Assembly (NCBI GenBank): GCA_973895155.1
Contig: OZ316896.1
Span: forward strand, 12,504,549-12,568,548
Length of the DNA stretch: 64,000 nt
Reading direction: 5' to 3'
Source: Marsupella aquatica
Taxonomy: Eukaryota > Plantae > Marchantiophyta
The position numbers and the translations under genes were made by a program. Within the stretch, counting starts at the first letter, position 1. Each line of letters begins with the position of its first letter. The notes under the pieces are model-generated. The model worked only from the letters and a program-made list of their open reading frames with translations, ran no database searches and was not told where the DNA came from. Positions 1-14,715 of the stretch are shown one piece after another.

Positions 1-431
1 TGAATGCGGTGCGTCTGTAGCTGACCGGGAGCTTCAAACTTTGGCTCAGCATTATAATACCTCGCTCTTCTTTGCCTACCAAAGTGACTTGTCTATGCAT
101 CGGAAAAAACTGGAACAATTTGTCCCGCAATTCGCACAACAGTGACCTCGAGTAGCATTGCCCGACGATCGCTGACCTACAAGCTAATTTCCTTCAATCT
201 CTCCCAGCTGCTGAATCGAACCAAGATTCCCGGAAAATATCCCGGTAGGGCTATAGGAGGTTGGACTCTTCTCTGTGGCCTATGAAGAAGTGGAAGAAGC
301 ATTTTCTCCCCCATTCGTCCTAATATTTGCCCGTCATCCACGGTGGTCCCGATACGGTATTTATCCTCCCCCGAAACGAAATCTGGGAGCTCGGGCGGGA
401 ATCTTACTTTTTTCGAAGGGGTCTAGATCAC

Positions 432-3400
432 ATGCAATCCTTTGTCTCGTTGTCCGGTCCCCCGCCCCTTCCGAGCACCCTATCGTCATACAATTATCAT
501 CTCAGCTGCTCCGCCAGAGTATTTTTCATTCCTACTCCGGCTCCGGCAGAGGATGGTCTAAATCTATATTCTCAGCGCTCAGTGAGAAATGCTGGTGGTC
601 GTTTCTGTTATGTTCACCGACTGACGAAGAGTGGGAAGCCGAGGCAGTGGACCAGTGCAGCAAAATCTGCTGGGGTTTATCATCTGTTTTCATCACATGC
701 AAGTTGGAAGCGGCAAGGTTTACTCCTTTCCGCATCTGGAGAGCTGTGTCGTTCCAGGAAAAGAGTTTCATTACGATCAGGGTCTGGGGAAGATTTATCG
801 ACGTCCAGCATATGTAATCGGGGGTCACCTGTCACTCAGCACACGGTAGGAAGCACGTTAGACACATCTTCTCAAAGATTTTATGCTGAGCCACCTAGTC
901 CCGAAGCTCGAATATTGGCCATGTCACGGGACGAAGATTCGAAGGTTGAAGAAGATCCAGTAAGCAGGAGCTCAGTATTTTTAGCTGGTCTGATGCCTAA
1001 GAAGGAAATTGGAGCGGACAGGTTCTTGGTGCAGCATCCTTCATACGATGGCCGGGGTGTGACAATTGCGATATTCGGTAACTGCAGACACCACTAGTGT
1101 GATGGAATTGGGATAATTTGAACATGTACCTCATGGCTGTAGGGTTTGATACAACTGTGTAGTCAAAGCAGGAGATGATTGGCTCGAATCCAAGTCAATC
1201 TATGTCTTTTTACTTGGTTCTTGCGCAATCTATCTAGATCCAGGGAGTTCTCTACTTTTCCATTGGTAATAAGGCAATTTTTACATGTTATGACAAGGTT
1301 ACGAAAATGTCGTTGATTTCCTTAAGGTTTTCGAAAGATGTGTCCCTTGCAAGGCCGGATTGTTTCTAAATCACTGTAATGATGTTGTCGGTTTGCAGAC
1401 TCGGGGGTAGATCCAGCAGCTAAAGGTTTGCAGATTACACCAGATGGCAAACCTAAAATCGTGGACGTTCTCGATTGGTAAGTAATCTGTTGTGTGCGTC
1501 AAAGTTTCCCATTTAGAATCTTCATGTTGACGGGGAAATAATGCCCAAGTGCTGCAGCGGAAGCATAATCACACTCAGTTTGGGGGTCCCCATCGGAAGC
1601 TAATAACCCTTCACTTCTCTTCACCGCAGCACAGGGAGTGGTGATGTAGATACGTCTACAATTGTAACAGCAGATGACGAAGGATTTATAGTTGGAGCTT
1701 CAAGTACGCTACAGGGAGTTCGCCTTTTGAGTCCTGTCTTCAAGAGAATCGTTTTGTAGATTCAAGGCATTCATTACTTTCGGCGATTCCTGTGAAGGCA
1801 GTTCTCGGTTGATACTTCGTTTTGTAATGCTGTCTCAATCCTCATTTGTAAACTTGAAGGTGCTCGACTTCAGATCAACAAATCTTGGAAGAATCCTTCG
1901 GGGGAGTGGCGTGTGGGCTCGAAATTAGTATATCAGCTATTCACCGACAGCTTGGCGTCCAGAATCAAGGTGCTCTGCCCGGTGTGGTCCTTCCTGACAA
2001 TCTCATCAGATTTTACCCAGCTGGGCATTATGGACATTCCCGTGAAACTCGAAAGAGTTGGTATCATGCGTGCTGGGACTATCAATTCTAAATCTGTCCT
2101 GTTGTTGTGCAGAAAGAACGGAAAAAGAAGTGGACAGAAGTTCACCGGGAGGAAATCACTGAAGCTCTTCGCCGATTGACAGCATTTGATGTGGTCAGTA
2201 CCTCTCACTTTTCTGCAGCTGACAATCAAGGAAGGTAGGCTGGGGATTAACATTTTAATCATTCTGAGAGATACAATGTGAATAAGTTTCGCTGACCTGC
2301 TGAGAGAGTTCCAGGCGTGTGAAGTCTTAATCAACATGGGAGGAGCACTGCTGAGGCATTCATTCTCTTTTGTCGCAAGGGTTCACCGTTGGCCCGTTGA
2401 GCTCAGTCTTGTCTCTTCTGCTAGGTTTGAAAACTTACAAAATATTTTGGTGTCTATTGTGCAGAGAAATCCAAAAGCGTCAGAGGCATCGTTGAAGAAA
2501 GAACGTGAAGATTTGCAGGCTCGATATGACCTCCTACAGAAGCTTTCAGATGTGAGCATTCTTCACTTACTTACATATTTAGCATCTAAACAAATGATCG
2601 AAATAAATGTGAGCCATCCATTGGTATTGATGATCCAGACGAATTGAATTTTGAGAATACTTCTCGAAGTCAAAAGGCTAATTATTAATTGCGCTAAACC
2701 CAATATTACAACGGTGCTGCAGTGCACCTATCCATTGCTGTTTGTGAGCTCAAGATGTCTGAATTGAACTCCTACGAACGTCCACGATGCTCCATATAAT
2801 AAGAATTTAAGTTGCGCTATTTCATTATGAGCATGACCCGCACGAAGCCACATTTCAATCTACTGATTTTTAAAACCTTGTAAGTCTAGAACACTTTAAG
2901 TAGCAAGAAAACGATCTTCATGATGTCAATAAAAGTGTCCATTTGAGCCTATATGAAAGTGAAGATATTAAAACTACAAGTATCTGAAATTGGCCTTTGT
3001 AACTTGTAAATGACTTTCAGAGCTATGACGACAAAGGTCCAGTTATTGATGCGGTTGTGTGGCATGATGGGGAAGTCTGGCGGGTGGCCCTAGACACCCA
3101 AGACATGGAAGGGGACAGCGGATCTGGAAAGCTTTCCGATTTTTCTCCGCTCACCAATTACAGGTAGTTTCTGCCGCTCTTTGTCCTGGTTCTATGTCCG
3201 CTGCAAGGAATATTTAAGTAGAACAAACTTACACTCCATTTCTTGCTGCAGAATTGAGCGCAAGTATGGAACTTTTAGCCGCGTGGATGCTTGTACGTTT
3301 GTTACCAACGTGTATGACAATGGAAATGTCTTGAGCATTGTTACGGATAGTTCCCCACATGGGACTCATGTCGCCGGAATCACTGCTGCGTATGATCCTG

Positions 3401-6400
3401 AGGTACCCATGCCCAAAAATTCGATTCCTTGGAGTGAAGTTTTCACTATCTTTGACGTTTACACGTGTTTAGAAACTTAGTGTCCTGTTAGCATCTGAAA
3501 TTGAAATACTGGGTAATTCTTTCCTGTGTATAAAAAAAGTGTAAAAGATTTCGTGTACGTTTCTAGAATTACTACTCCAATGTCTTACCTCCCATGTTGA
3601 CTCTCTAAAATCGTTTTGCGCACAGTTATATTTTCCATCTAATTTGCTAATCTGGTCTAGTTTTTTTGTTGCACAATTAATGTGGGTTTCGAAGAATAAG
3701 TCAAAATCTGTTATCAGTTAATAATATCAGTTAATAATGCGGTGGATTGTTCTCATCAGGAGCCATTACTCAATGGCGTGGCTCCAGGCGCTCAGCTTGT
3801 GTCGTGCAAAATTGGAGATTCACGTCTTGCGTCAATAGAAACTTGCACTGGCCTAACGCGCGCTCTAATCGCAGTGATTGAGGTACTGTGTTTAAACGAA
3901 ACTGCTTGTTGTTTTGTGAGTATTGCTCCTGAAATTTCCCATCAGCATATTTCCGTCACGTCGCGAACTGTATTTGTAGTCTATTACTGTCGTATCACAT
4001 CATAGAGACGGGGATCATTTAACTTGGAGGCGGCCGTTTTGGTTCAAATGCGGGTGAACAAAATTGTAATATTCATGTTTTGAGAATCTGTGAGAGGCAT
4101 CGTTTATAGGCCGTTTACTTCACTGCAGAATAAATGCGATCTAATCAACATGAGCTACGGTGAGCCTACTACAATGCCAAATTCTGGGCGTTTCATAGAT
4201 CTTGCCAATGAAGTAAGTCTCTTACATGCAATGTAGCTTTCTGTTGCCTAATGAGAGTATTTAGACAATTCGCAGAGAACACGTTGTGAGCCCAAATAGA
4301 AGGATCCACGTTAAATTTCGTGGGTTTTTCACACTGACGTGCATATCTTGTTCACATTGGTGGCAACAAGCAAATGGCCAATTACATAGAGCGAGTGAAT
4401 CACACCAACATTTGGACTAGAAAGGCCATTAGTAAGAAACAGAGGGTTATACGGACTTAGCTTGGGAGAGATTGTCATATTCCTCTTACTTGTGGATGCA
4501 ATATAGGCTAGACAACGAACGGTTAAAGAGCGTGGAAAGGTGACTTGTACTGTCCGGTCAGTTCATGAGAAGTTTGCTAATTCCGCAGCAGTTTCTCCCA
4601 CTTTACAAACATCTTATCAGGTGTTGCAGAGTTACACTTGTTAATTATGAACGCCAATTTTTCGTGATTGTAGGTTGTCAACAAGCATGGAGTCATATTT
4701 ATCAGCAGTGCTGGGAACAATGGGCCTTCTCTTAGTACTGTAACTGCACCAGGTGGCACTTCATCAAGTATTGTGGGTATTGGTGCGTATGTCTCTCCTG
4801 CAATGGCATCTGCATCACATTCCATTGTCCAGCCCCCAGCGGAGGGCCTGCAGTACACTTGGTAAGACTGACAGCAAAGCAACTATACTCGTTGACCAAT
4901 AAGCTAGATGAGCAATACCGATCGACTGCGCTCATGTGATCAATTTTTTTTGAGAGTTCAAGGAGTGCACATAGAGCTCTAAACATGATAAATACCATGG
5001 TTCAATCCTAATTATCTTAGAAGTATAGAGCTATATACTTGAAGCTACCAATAATTTTCGCCATTGCAAAGATCAATCAAATTCAATATCCAAGCATATC
5101 TACTTTTGAAGAACCGGTGATCATTTAATTCAAAATATCTGCGAATAATCTGGTGATTGAAAAAATGACCAGCTTAGACGACCATCTGGTCAGGTGGTTG
5201 AGTTTCAATGAATGAATTGTTTGAAGCAATCAGTCCAAGGGTGACTAGAGTTCAGTCATTATCGTTTAGTGAAGATGCTGTGATCGAGAAATGGCTGGTC
5301 ATGGTAGAAGTGGATCATTAGCATAAAATGTGGTTTACTTGAGGGGTCAATCGTAAAAAGTCGCAGTCAACTGTTTTGGAATTGGGAACTTAAATGTCTC
5401 AAACTGTTGCCTCTTAATTGACAAGGTCAAGTAGAGGCCCCACTCCAGATGGAGACCTAGGGGTGACTTTAAGCGCTCCTGGGGGAGCAGTTGCTCCCGT
5501 GCCAAAATGGACTCTGCAAGGTCGGATGTTGATGAATGGAACGTCGATGGCCTCCCCTTGTGCATGTGGAGGTGTTGCATTGGTTCTCAGTTCTCTGAAG
5601 GTATGGGTATTTAACATTGTTAATGTGCGCCTCTTGTACAAAGTTATGGTTATGCTGTTTCATTTTTCCTGCAAGTTTATGGTTGATAGAGATAATTTTC
5701 GCTTAAAACTAGTTGCAATGGATGAATCTCCACGCTAATAGTTAATGCTTGGTTGATTTGCAGGCAGAGGGGCAAGTGATCAGTCCCCATGTTGTGCGGA
5801 AGGCCCTAGAAAATACCGCTACAAAACTTAGCGAAAGTCCAGTTGAGCCACTTACAACTGGCCGTGGACTCTTGCAAGTAGACTTGTATGTCCCACTTCC
5901 AAGATGGTTTGTAAATGATATCAATTGCAATCCAGTCCTGTTTGAACTGGGTGGTAAGGTCTGGTCGTAAGTTCCTGAATTATGATATTGATAAGACCTG
6001 TGTTGTAGACTGGCAGGAGCACGCTGCCGTGAAGGTTATTTGACGGCTTACACTCAACATCTTAGACCTGAGAACAAATTGATCAGAACCTTGCGCATCA
6101 TAGATGGCCAATTGCAACAATAATTGGTTCTTAGTGACATCATGAATTGAGATCGATGGAATGTGTTATCGATTGCAGGGCTTATGAATACCTGCAGAAG
6201 TGTAAAGAGAGACCTTCAATACTTTATAAAGTTGAACTTAAGCGCAATGGTGGCCCAGGTTTGTTACAATTCAAAACAGTGCTTCCTCCTTTCTTCCATT
6301 TGTGGCACTGTCATACTCTTCTCATGCCATGTGGAGTGAGTGCATGTGTTTGTCGATTTGCTTCGTTTTACATTACACTCGTTGGGATTTAAATTTTTTA

Positions 6401-9400
6401 ACAGTTTGAAAATGCTTCTGACGATGCAGCCGTTCGGGGAGTTTACTTGAGGGATGTCCATGATAGTCGGCAAGCCAGTGAGGTATGATTGCAGTTTTAA
6501 ATGATGATTGCAGTCCTCACAAATATGACGTTGGTTACCTTGGGAGTTATTAGGTCAAGTACGGAGGCAAACTGTAATTAACTGACTTAAAAAAATTCCT
6601 GGAGCAGTGGAACGTTACGGTGAAGCCTGAGTTTCATGAAGATGCAGACAACATGGACCTTCTTGTTCCATTTGAGGAGCGCTTGCAGCTTCATAGCTCA
6701 AATCCGACTTGGCTCAAGTGTCCGGAGTATCTTCTTCTCACAAACAATGGGCGATCATTTAAGTATGAGCCGTCTTTCTTTGGAAAACACACTCTGCTAG
6801 TAGTAGATAAGGAACCACATTGAAGACTCCCTCTAATGACGCTCAAATTGCAAAGGGTACTGATACGCGTTGTCGTATGTGTGGGAACAGATGTGAAGAT
6901 TTTGTCCGAGACTTTTTACTAACAAGATAGATGTGCCCAATGTTAACCGCAGGGTCGTGGTTGACCCCACACAACTCAAAGAGGGCCTTCACTATGCGGA
7001 AGTAGTTGGGACTGATATGGAAGCTCCTTGGCGAGGACCTTCCTTTCGTTTACCAGTCACAGTGATCAAGCCGATTGAGTTGGAAGCTGGTTCTGCCTTG
7101 GCTTCCTTCGAAGATTTATCTTTCACTCCTGGTATGAAGAGGAACTAGAAATACGCCAGGTGCTTCATACTTTGTGTCACTAGTCTATTAACCATATTAT
7201 TTGCCGGGATCCTGAAGTCGTGAGAACGAGCAATACCCATTTTCTAGTTATTGAACCTCTTTCTTTCTTGAATGGTTTTCCTTCTGATTGTGCCGGATCT
7301 TTTGAATGAGGTGGGTAGGTCACATAGAGAGAAGGTTTGTTGTTGTTCCCAAAGGTGCAACTTGGGCAGAACTCTCATTACGAGTGTCCGGATTCGACAC
7401 ACCCCGTCAATTTTCTATCAGTACTGTTCAGGTACTTCTGGTTACCAGTTCAATGGCCTAGTTTTGAAGGAGTACCATTATGTTTTAAACTTGTGGTTGT
7501 GAACTAAGATATTTTGTCTATAAAGGTTTCGTTGAAGTATGGAGGAAAAATTAATACAAGCTGGTGAAAATTCTGCCAGTCAGAGTGCCGCTTAGCCAAA
7601 GCTACTAGTGGATTTGTTTGTCTGATGTCCTTCGAAGTCACTAAAGTGTCCCTTGCATGGGTTTTGTACATTTTGCAGCTTTCTTCAAAGAAGAGACCAA
7701 GTACCTGGGAGACTTATGCTGTCTTCTCCAGTCCTTCTTCAAAGAACTTCTCGTTTCCCATTGAAGGTGGCCTTACTATGGAGCTTACTCTGGCACTATT
7801 TTGGTCCAGTGGAAGTGGGAGTGATGTACCAGCAAGTGCTCAACTGCAGGTACATCAGTCCTATCTCTCTATCCCAAGACGGATGAGGAAGACCCACTGT
7901 TAGGTTTCCTTGTTTGAATTGCGTTCACTTGGTATATTCGGGATTTTGAATCTTGGTTCAGTGTCTCGTCTTTTGATACCCTTCCGAACAAACAAAAACC
8001 TACAGGGCAGGTATATTCCCTATTCTATAGCATTCAGGAGCCTAGTTCATGACTAGGTTGGCATGACCCAGTACTCGACATCAATTCCAAGAATGCTGCA
8101 ATTGATAGGATAGATACAGAGATGTTCGTTTTTCGTAACCCAGGGTAGATACAGTGATGTTCGTTTTTCGTAACCCCATATCTGTGCAAGATTCACCTCT
8201 GTACTGCGCATCTTCAGCATAAAAACTAGCGAAGTCATTTGCAAGTTTCCTTGATAGCAAAGTTGGTTTTCTGCACATTTGTCTGCAATTGAAGTATGAC
8301 CTAGAAGCCATGACGGTAGATCTCGCAAGCTTTTAAATTCGAGCTATGTGCTGTTGGAACCTTACCTCCGGTATTTCTTTTCAGATTGAATTTCACGGGA
8401 TTCAAGCCAGTGAGCAGGATGTGTTCATCAATGGTAATGAAACAGTGACCAGAGTGGATGTGAAAGCTCCTTTGGCAACAGAAAGGTTCTCTCCTTCAGC
8501 AACCTTGACAAAGGTGTGCAGGTTATCATCTTGTAGTGGCTTCAGAAAGTCCACTTTCAAGTTCTTTTTCCTACTTGGAAATCCTAGGTTGTCGAACTTC
8601 GATGTCTAAAAACAATCAGCCCGCTCGGCATCATGTTCATAATGTGACCCTTTGGGACGAAGGCTGTCAGTTTCAACTGAACTAGAATTCATGGGAATGG
8701 GAAAAGTAGGCAGATTTGTTTTTAAAGGACAGAGGTTTGCCTTGTTTTGCTTTGGCATACTTTCGGAGGCTCTAATAAGATGTGTAAAAGTTCTTTTTCA
8801 ATGTTTGAAACAACTGTTTAGACCTCTTCCTGAGCTCGATACGTCGAAGCATTTGTTTCAAACACAACTTGACGGACTTTCTAAAAAAGTGTCCCAACTC
8901 TAGTTTGACTTTCTCTTGTCTGGGGGCTGGCTCACGGGTGGTGGGGACTTATATTCTCCAAATACCGTAGTTGGTGAAAGTCGTCCACTTATTTTCTTTT
9001 GACACCGGTAGTTGGTGAAACTCTTCGCCTTTCTCATTACAGGCCAAGTGTTCGCAAGTAACCCAGGTTGATGTTGCAGGTGCGCGTTCCCTACCGTCCT
9101 GTCGAGGTAAAGCTCGAGCCTTTATCCGCAGAGAGAGACAAACTACCAAATGGCAGGCAAATACATGCTCTTACATTGACGTAAGTTACTTACCTACGAC
9201 ATGATAATTTATGTTAAAGGAGTGGTCTAGGTTACAAAAAGAACGAAGAAAGTTCTTTCTACAAAGTTTCTGTCCAAAATTTGTACTAAATGCAACCAGT
9301 AAGGATGTATTCTATCCTGTAGAGTGAGAGTTCCTTGGCTCATTTGGACTCTTTGGGAACTTTAATTTTATTGATTCGTTTTGTTGGACTTGAATGAATC

Positions 9401-12400
9401 TAGATGAGAGTACGCGAGTCTGAAATGATTATTTTTCCGTATGCGGCTTGCTGTTATTAGAAGTTCTGGATCTACATTTCACTTTTAGCCTGTGATTGCG
9501 TTCTTTCCTCAGGTACAAGTTTTCACTAGCAGAAGGGGCAGAAGTGACACCGCGTTTAGCTTACTTGAATAAGCGAATATATGATGCAGAGTTTGAGTCA
9601 CAGTTTTACATGATATCTGATGCCAACAAGGTACAACGGCTTATGATAGCAAGACCGGCTTGGACCTTTTTGCAATCTGCTCGGTTTCTTGTTGACCTGT
9701 TGATTGACATGTCTCTATCGATTCTTGTGTTTCGATTTTGTAAGCAGCAGCCTCTTGAGTTGATTTTTTGCTCCAAACTTTCTACTGAGGTTGTCCTTTC
9801 ATCAGAGGGTTCTAGCAACTGGAGATTGTTATCCGAAAGGAGTGCGACTTTCCAAAGGGGACTATATTCTACGTCTATTTATTAGGTTGAACCAATATCT
9901 TCAATTTCCTCTGAGCGATAGCATGTTTTGTGGTCTTTGGATCTGGATTTATATAGATCTGGGTATAGGATCCATTGATCAAAGCAAAGGGTTCAGTTTG
10001 CATATCACCGCGGTCACTGGAATTCCCTCCCTGCTTATATACCACTTGTGACCCGTTTAGTCCATCTAGTTTCTCTTGCTGCTGTATGTGCCATCCGTTG
10101 TGACTCATTGTTAGAGTGAATCAATGAATCTATTTCAATATTATCAGATCCTCAATTAGGCACGGTTCAAATAACGCAGCTGTTACTTTCAGGCATGACA
10201 ATATGAGTTATCTTGAGAAGTTGAAGAAGACTCCTTTGCTCTTAGACAGGAAGCTCGAAGACAAGGTACTAGTGTCTGAAGTTGGGGACTTCAATGTAGA
10301 TCAATTGAATAGTCGAGATTCACAAGAATTTAGCTCGCTTTTCTTTGTCTTTGATGTTACGGCTCTGTAGTTCTAACTTTATCACTTAATCGACCGTTCG
10401 GATGCTCTAGGTATGTGTTGGTACCTACCAGTTGTTAAATTGAGCATTGTGCGTAAGTAGGATTGGGAATACTTCCGGGAGATTTGACCACGCTGCTGTC
10501 TTGGGCTTTTTGTAATTGCAGAATCAGATTCGGTTAAGTTTTTACTCTCAGATTGATGGGCCTATCACTGGAGCTGATCAGCTGAAGTCAAAGCTACTGG
10601 CTCCTGGGTAATAGAACAAAATTACATACTTTGACGAGCTAGATTTTGTCACAATAGATTATATGGCAAGCAAGCATTTCCACACTTTTATTTTTTTCTA
10701 GGGTTTGCATTTCGTTTGCTAGGTAGAAGTATAGCATGAATGGTACTGATTTTTGTTGGACTATATGTACTACAGTGAAGTACAACCAGTTTATTTCGGT
10801 GCAGCTCCGGATGACAAGCTTCCCAAGGTTCATTCTCCCGGCTCCCGACTCCCGACTCCTGACCGTTCGGGGATTTCCATGCCATTGCATGCTTTGGTCG
10901 TTTAGATAACATTGATAGTTTCCATTGCTTGCTGTGGCTGACGACACATGTTTTAGGTTAGAAAACAGTGATGAAGGTACGGATGAATTTACCAAACAGG
11001 CATGTCTGTTTTATTGCAGGACCCTGTAGTCGGGACTGTCCTTGTTGGCAAGTTGAAGTGGGGAAAACTCTCATGGGGAAGCAGTAAGGGTGATCAGAGT
11101 GGACAAGAATGCCCAACTTGGTCTCGACTCTCATATGTTGTCCCTCCACCTACCAAGGTTTGATATCCTACATCGTGCTTTGAGTTGAGAGATGCCGGTC
11201 AAACCTATTGTGACCAGCTGTATTCTCGGTACTCTAATCGACTCTTATCTTCCCATATGTACCCATATGAGTATGCTACACATCCAGACCTGCCATGGAA
11301 CATTCCTTTTGCTCGAGTAAACAGCATATGGTCGGAACGTGTAGATCAGAGATTTTCTCCATCAAGGGAAAATCTCTGGGGTCTTCTAAGAATTGACTGT
11401 TTTACTTTAGAAGTGTCTGGAATATTTCCTCTACCCGAGAAGCAGACAGGCAGAAACATTAAATTGTCAGAAAGCGCATTTGACCAAGGTAGCTGCAAGG
11501 TGAGGCGGAATGTTCTGATGCAATCGTCTATGTCTGTCTGTCGCACTGCATTTCACCAAAGTGGATATAGATTCAGGTTGATGCTAGTTGAGGCGTCTGA
11601 CGGAGTTGGTGGTTTTCAGTGATACCAAAATTTTACCCATTTTACAATAAGTTTACTTTCGGATCTAAAGTTACACGCTTCAAGATCCTATGGATGTCTG
11701 TTTTGGATGAAAGTGACTCTGGTAATTTTGTTTCACCCTTAACACCATTTTTATTTCTGGCTCAAGCAGGCAGACGAAAAGCCCAAAGATAAAGTTCCAG
11801 AGGAAAAGAAGAGTCTTTCAGTACGGCTGGAGGAAGAGGTATGGCAATTCGACGGGAGATTCGCTCCATGTTATCTTTGATACAATTTATGTGAGCGTCG
11901 CAAATGCCTGATCTTCTTGTTTTTTAAGCTGTTTTTGATTGGGCTTCATTTTAATCTTCAATTTTGCTCTGAGTTGTTTTGTGTGGCACAGCAATGCCAG
12001 TACTCCACATGACCTGCAAGGATTTTCCCTTTTTTGTTGCAATGCTGTCAGGTGCGAGATGCCAAGATCAAGTTGCTTTCAAGCATGCCAAGGTCCACCA
12101 AGGAGGAGTGTAGAGAATGGGATGATCTCGCATTTCCTCTGCAGGTGAGTCATGTTATCTCAAAAGCACTGGAAAGCCAGGTCTCAAAATCAGGATTTGA
12201 GCTCATCTCTGACTTTGATTTGGATTGGTACAGGCTGATTATCCAAAACATCTGCCGCTCAAGGTGGAGATCCTGCAAAAATTGGCAGGCTCTCAAGTCA
12301 AAGATGATGACAAGGCACAGGTCCTTTCTAGACTTTCTGCTTTTGATTACCGTGAGGTTGTTGCCACCTCTCTTGGGTTTGGGAAAATCATTTAAGGAAA

Positions 12401-14715
12401 TTTTATGCATTTTCTTTTGTCAAAAGAATCGGAAGCCTTCCTGCAGGAGATGCATATTCTCACTTGCTTTGTGAGTCAAAGACAAATAGATGATGGTTTT
12501 GTTTTAAAATTATCCTTTTATTGTTTTGTTGCTGTGCCTTTCGAAACATCATATAGGAAAAGAGATTTTTCATTCATGGCTGGTCATCAAGTTACAGTTT
12601 CACGTCTCGTCAAAAGTAATAAATATATTGAAAGATCAAGGCCATGGAATCAATTTGTTTACTAACGAATCCACACTATGGCCACCAGTACACAGCATGG
12701 GCTGAGAGCAACTGTATTCAATCAACTCAAAACTTGATCACAAAAAACATATAAAGAGAACGTACGTGGAAAAGAAGGCTTGTTATAGTGACTACTCCAG
12801 GTCCTGTAACTGCCGATCAGAATATGGACAGTAGCAGTGTCAGTTTAGAGTATAGCAAATTTTGCCTCTTCCTCCCCCTTTGAAGGGCTCCCTTAACCCA
12901 CAGGCTCAAATAGACGAATAAATGAAACAGTTGTTTGGGCTCCTCAACAAGTCGCCCATTCGAGTACGGTCAGGGTACTAAACCACATCTATCCAGCCTG
13001 TTGTCACTTCCAACCTAACTCTAGGTGAACACCAGCCCTGGTTATGACCACCCGCGCCTGACCTCAGTTTCTATCTACGTCCATTATTTATTTTCAAATC
13101 TGTTGGTTATCCATAATGATATCTTTATCTTATGTACAGCAACAACTTATTCAGAGAGCATTGTTCTTTGCAGATTATTCAGGCAGCTGATGATGTGATC
13201 GCTCTGATTGATAAAGATGCTCTTGCAAAATATTTTGGAGTGAAGAGTGAAACAGATGATCCACATGCTGTGGTTGGTCTTGATCCACCTCTGATAGTTT
13301 GGAAATATCTGGATTTGTCAATCTTTTTTCATCTTTGCTCCATGCACTTCAGTGCTTTTAAGTTGTCCAAATGAGTCGGGTTGTACGAGAATTGGGAAAC
13401 TGATGAGTGTGATGATGGAAAGATGCTCATATTTCGGCGTATTATTTGCAGCAATTAAAGAAGGACATGGAGAGCCAGCGTGATATGTTGGCTGATGCCT
13501 TGCATAAGAAAGGGTTGGCACTCATCGAGAGGGAGGAGCAGACTCCGGTAAACAATGTGTGACATGCGCCTCCATCTTGTTTCAGACCCTAGCTGTTGTA
13601 CGCATTTGTAGTCACCAATTTGGATAGCTGACATCTGGCAAATCTTTGGCTTACTGCGGGATGATTTTTAGAAATGGAGACCAAATAGTGTCATATGTCT
13701 GAAAACAATGTTTCGCAATCCTTGCGAAACACTGCCAATTGAACAGGTGCCAGAAGATGAGTCCGATACTCCAACACAGCACCTGAAAGAGCCTGGAAAG
13801 GTCAGATGGAATCATGATCAGAGTATCACACAATGCTATCAATAGTCTGGGAGAGTGGGTGTAAATGAAAAGACCAGCCTCTTCGCCAGTGGGAAGGGTT
13901 TTGCCCGCGTGGTGGCAAAAGTTAGAACTTAACGTGCAATTTGAATATCGTTTCATACTTTGAACGGGTTGTTAAGCTAGTGTTACAAGGCAGTCGTTTA
14001 CCGATGGCTGACTTCAATCAAATACTATGTATTAGTAATCATAAAGCGAGAACTTCAGTCGTCTGTGGTTTTTATCTGCTTTATTTTGGGTCGTTTCGTA
14101 GTGATGATCAATATGGTTTCACCATGGTATTCAGGATGACGGCCTCAAACCACTTTCGGAGGCAGAGGGGACGGACCTTGTCCAAGACCCTGAAAGCAAT
14201 CGGAGTCTCAGTGGGGGAGGAGGTGCTATTGCAGCAACACTATCTGTCAAGCAGGAAACAAATGGAGCCGTCAATGCAGAGAAGGATGAGTTTGAGGAAA
14301 ACTACTTGGAGCTTCGCAAGTGGGTTGATGTTGGTTCACTAAAGTACATCTTGCTGACAGTAAAACGAGAGATGCGAGCAGGACGAATTGGATCTGCTAT
14401 TAAGGTACGTTTTGTCCAGCCTTGAAGAATCAGTGCAGTTGCAACCAATTTGCTGTGATATACTGCTGTTTGCTACGATGGAGAAGGGGTTCATACCTTG
14501 CATCTACCTGTGATTGGCTGATAAATTACTACGTTGGGATGTTCATATGGTGTCAGGCGCTGAATGAATTAATACAAGACGAGAGTAAGCCACCACAGAA
14601 GCATTTGTACGAATTACGAATTAAATTGATTGAAAGGGCTGGATGGACACATTGGGCATCATATGAGAAGAAATGGCTTTTTGTCCGTTTCCCATCAGCG
14701 TTCCCCTTATTTTAA
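432..14715 (+). CDS. TPP2: Tripeptidyl peptidase II (S8 subtilase), ~34 exons
   Basis: Hand-spliced GT-AG exons give typical TPP2 sequence. Catalytic Asp in IAIFD|SGVDP (exon 1 ends 1077, exon 2 1399-1477), His in [11 protein letters not shown] (3252-3402), SSAGNNGP (4674-4861), Ser in NGTSMASP (5426-5600). Last exon ends ...[10 protein letters not shown] at 14715. Start is ATG 432 or ATG 921 (same frame). Confidence 0.96.
8112..8177. repeat. ~35-bp tandem duplication in a TPP2 intron
   Basis: tagatacag(a/t)gatgttcgtttttcgtaaccc occurs twice. Confidence 0.85.

Noticed and set aside
12447-12470. 24-nt in-frame micro-exon in TPP2 (cag|...|gtgagt)
   Set aside because: Splice signals are plausible, but the peptide EMHILTCF does not resemble TPP2 homologs and flanking exons join in frame without it. 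It needs RNA-seq.
1078-14556. U12-type or non-canonical introns in TPP2
   Set aside because: All inferred introns are GT-AG without the GTATCCTT U12 donor.
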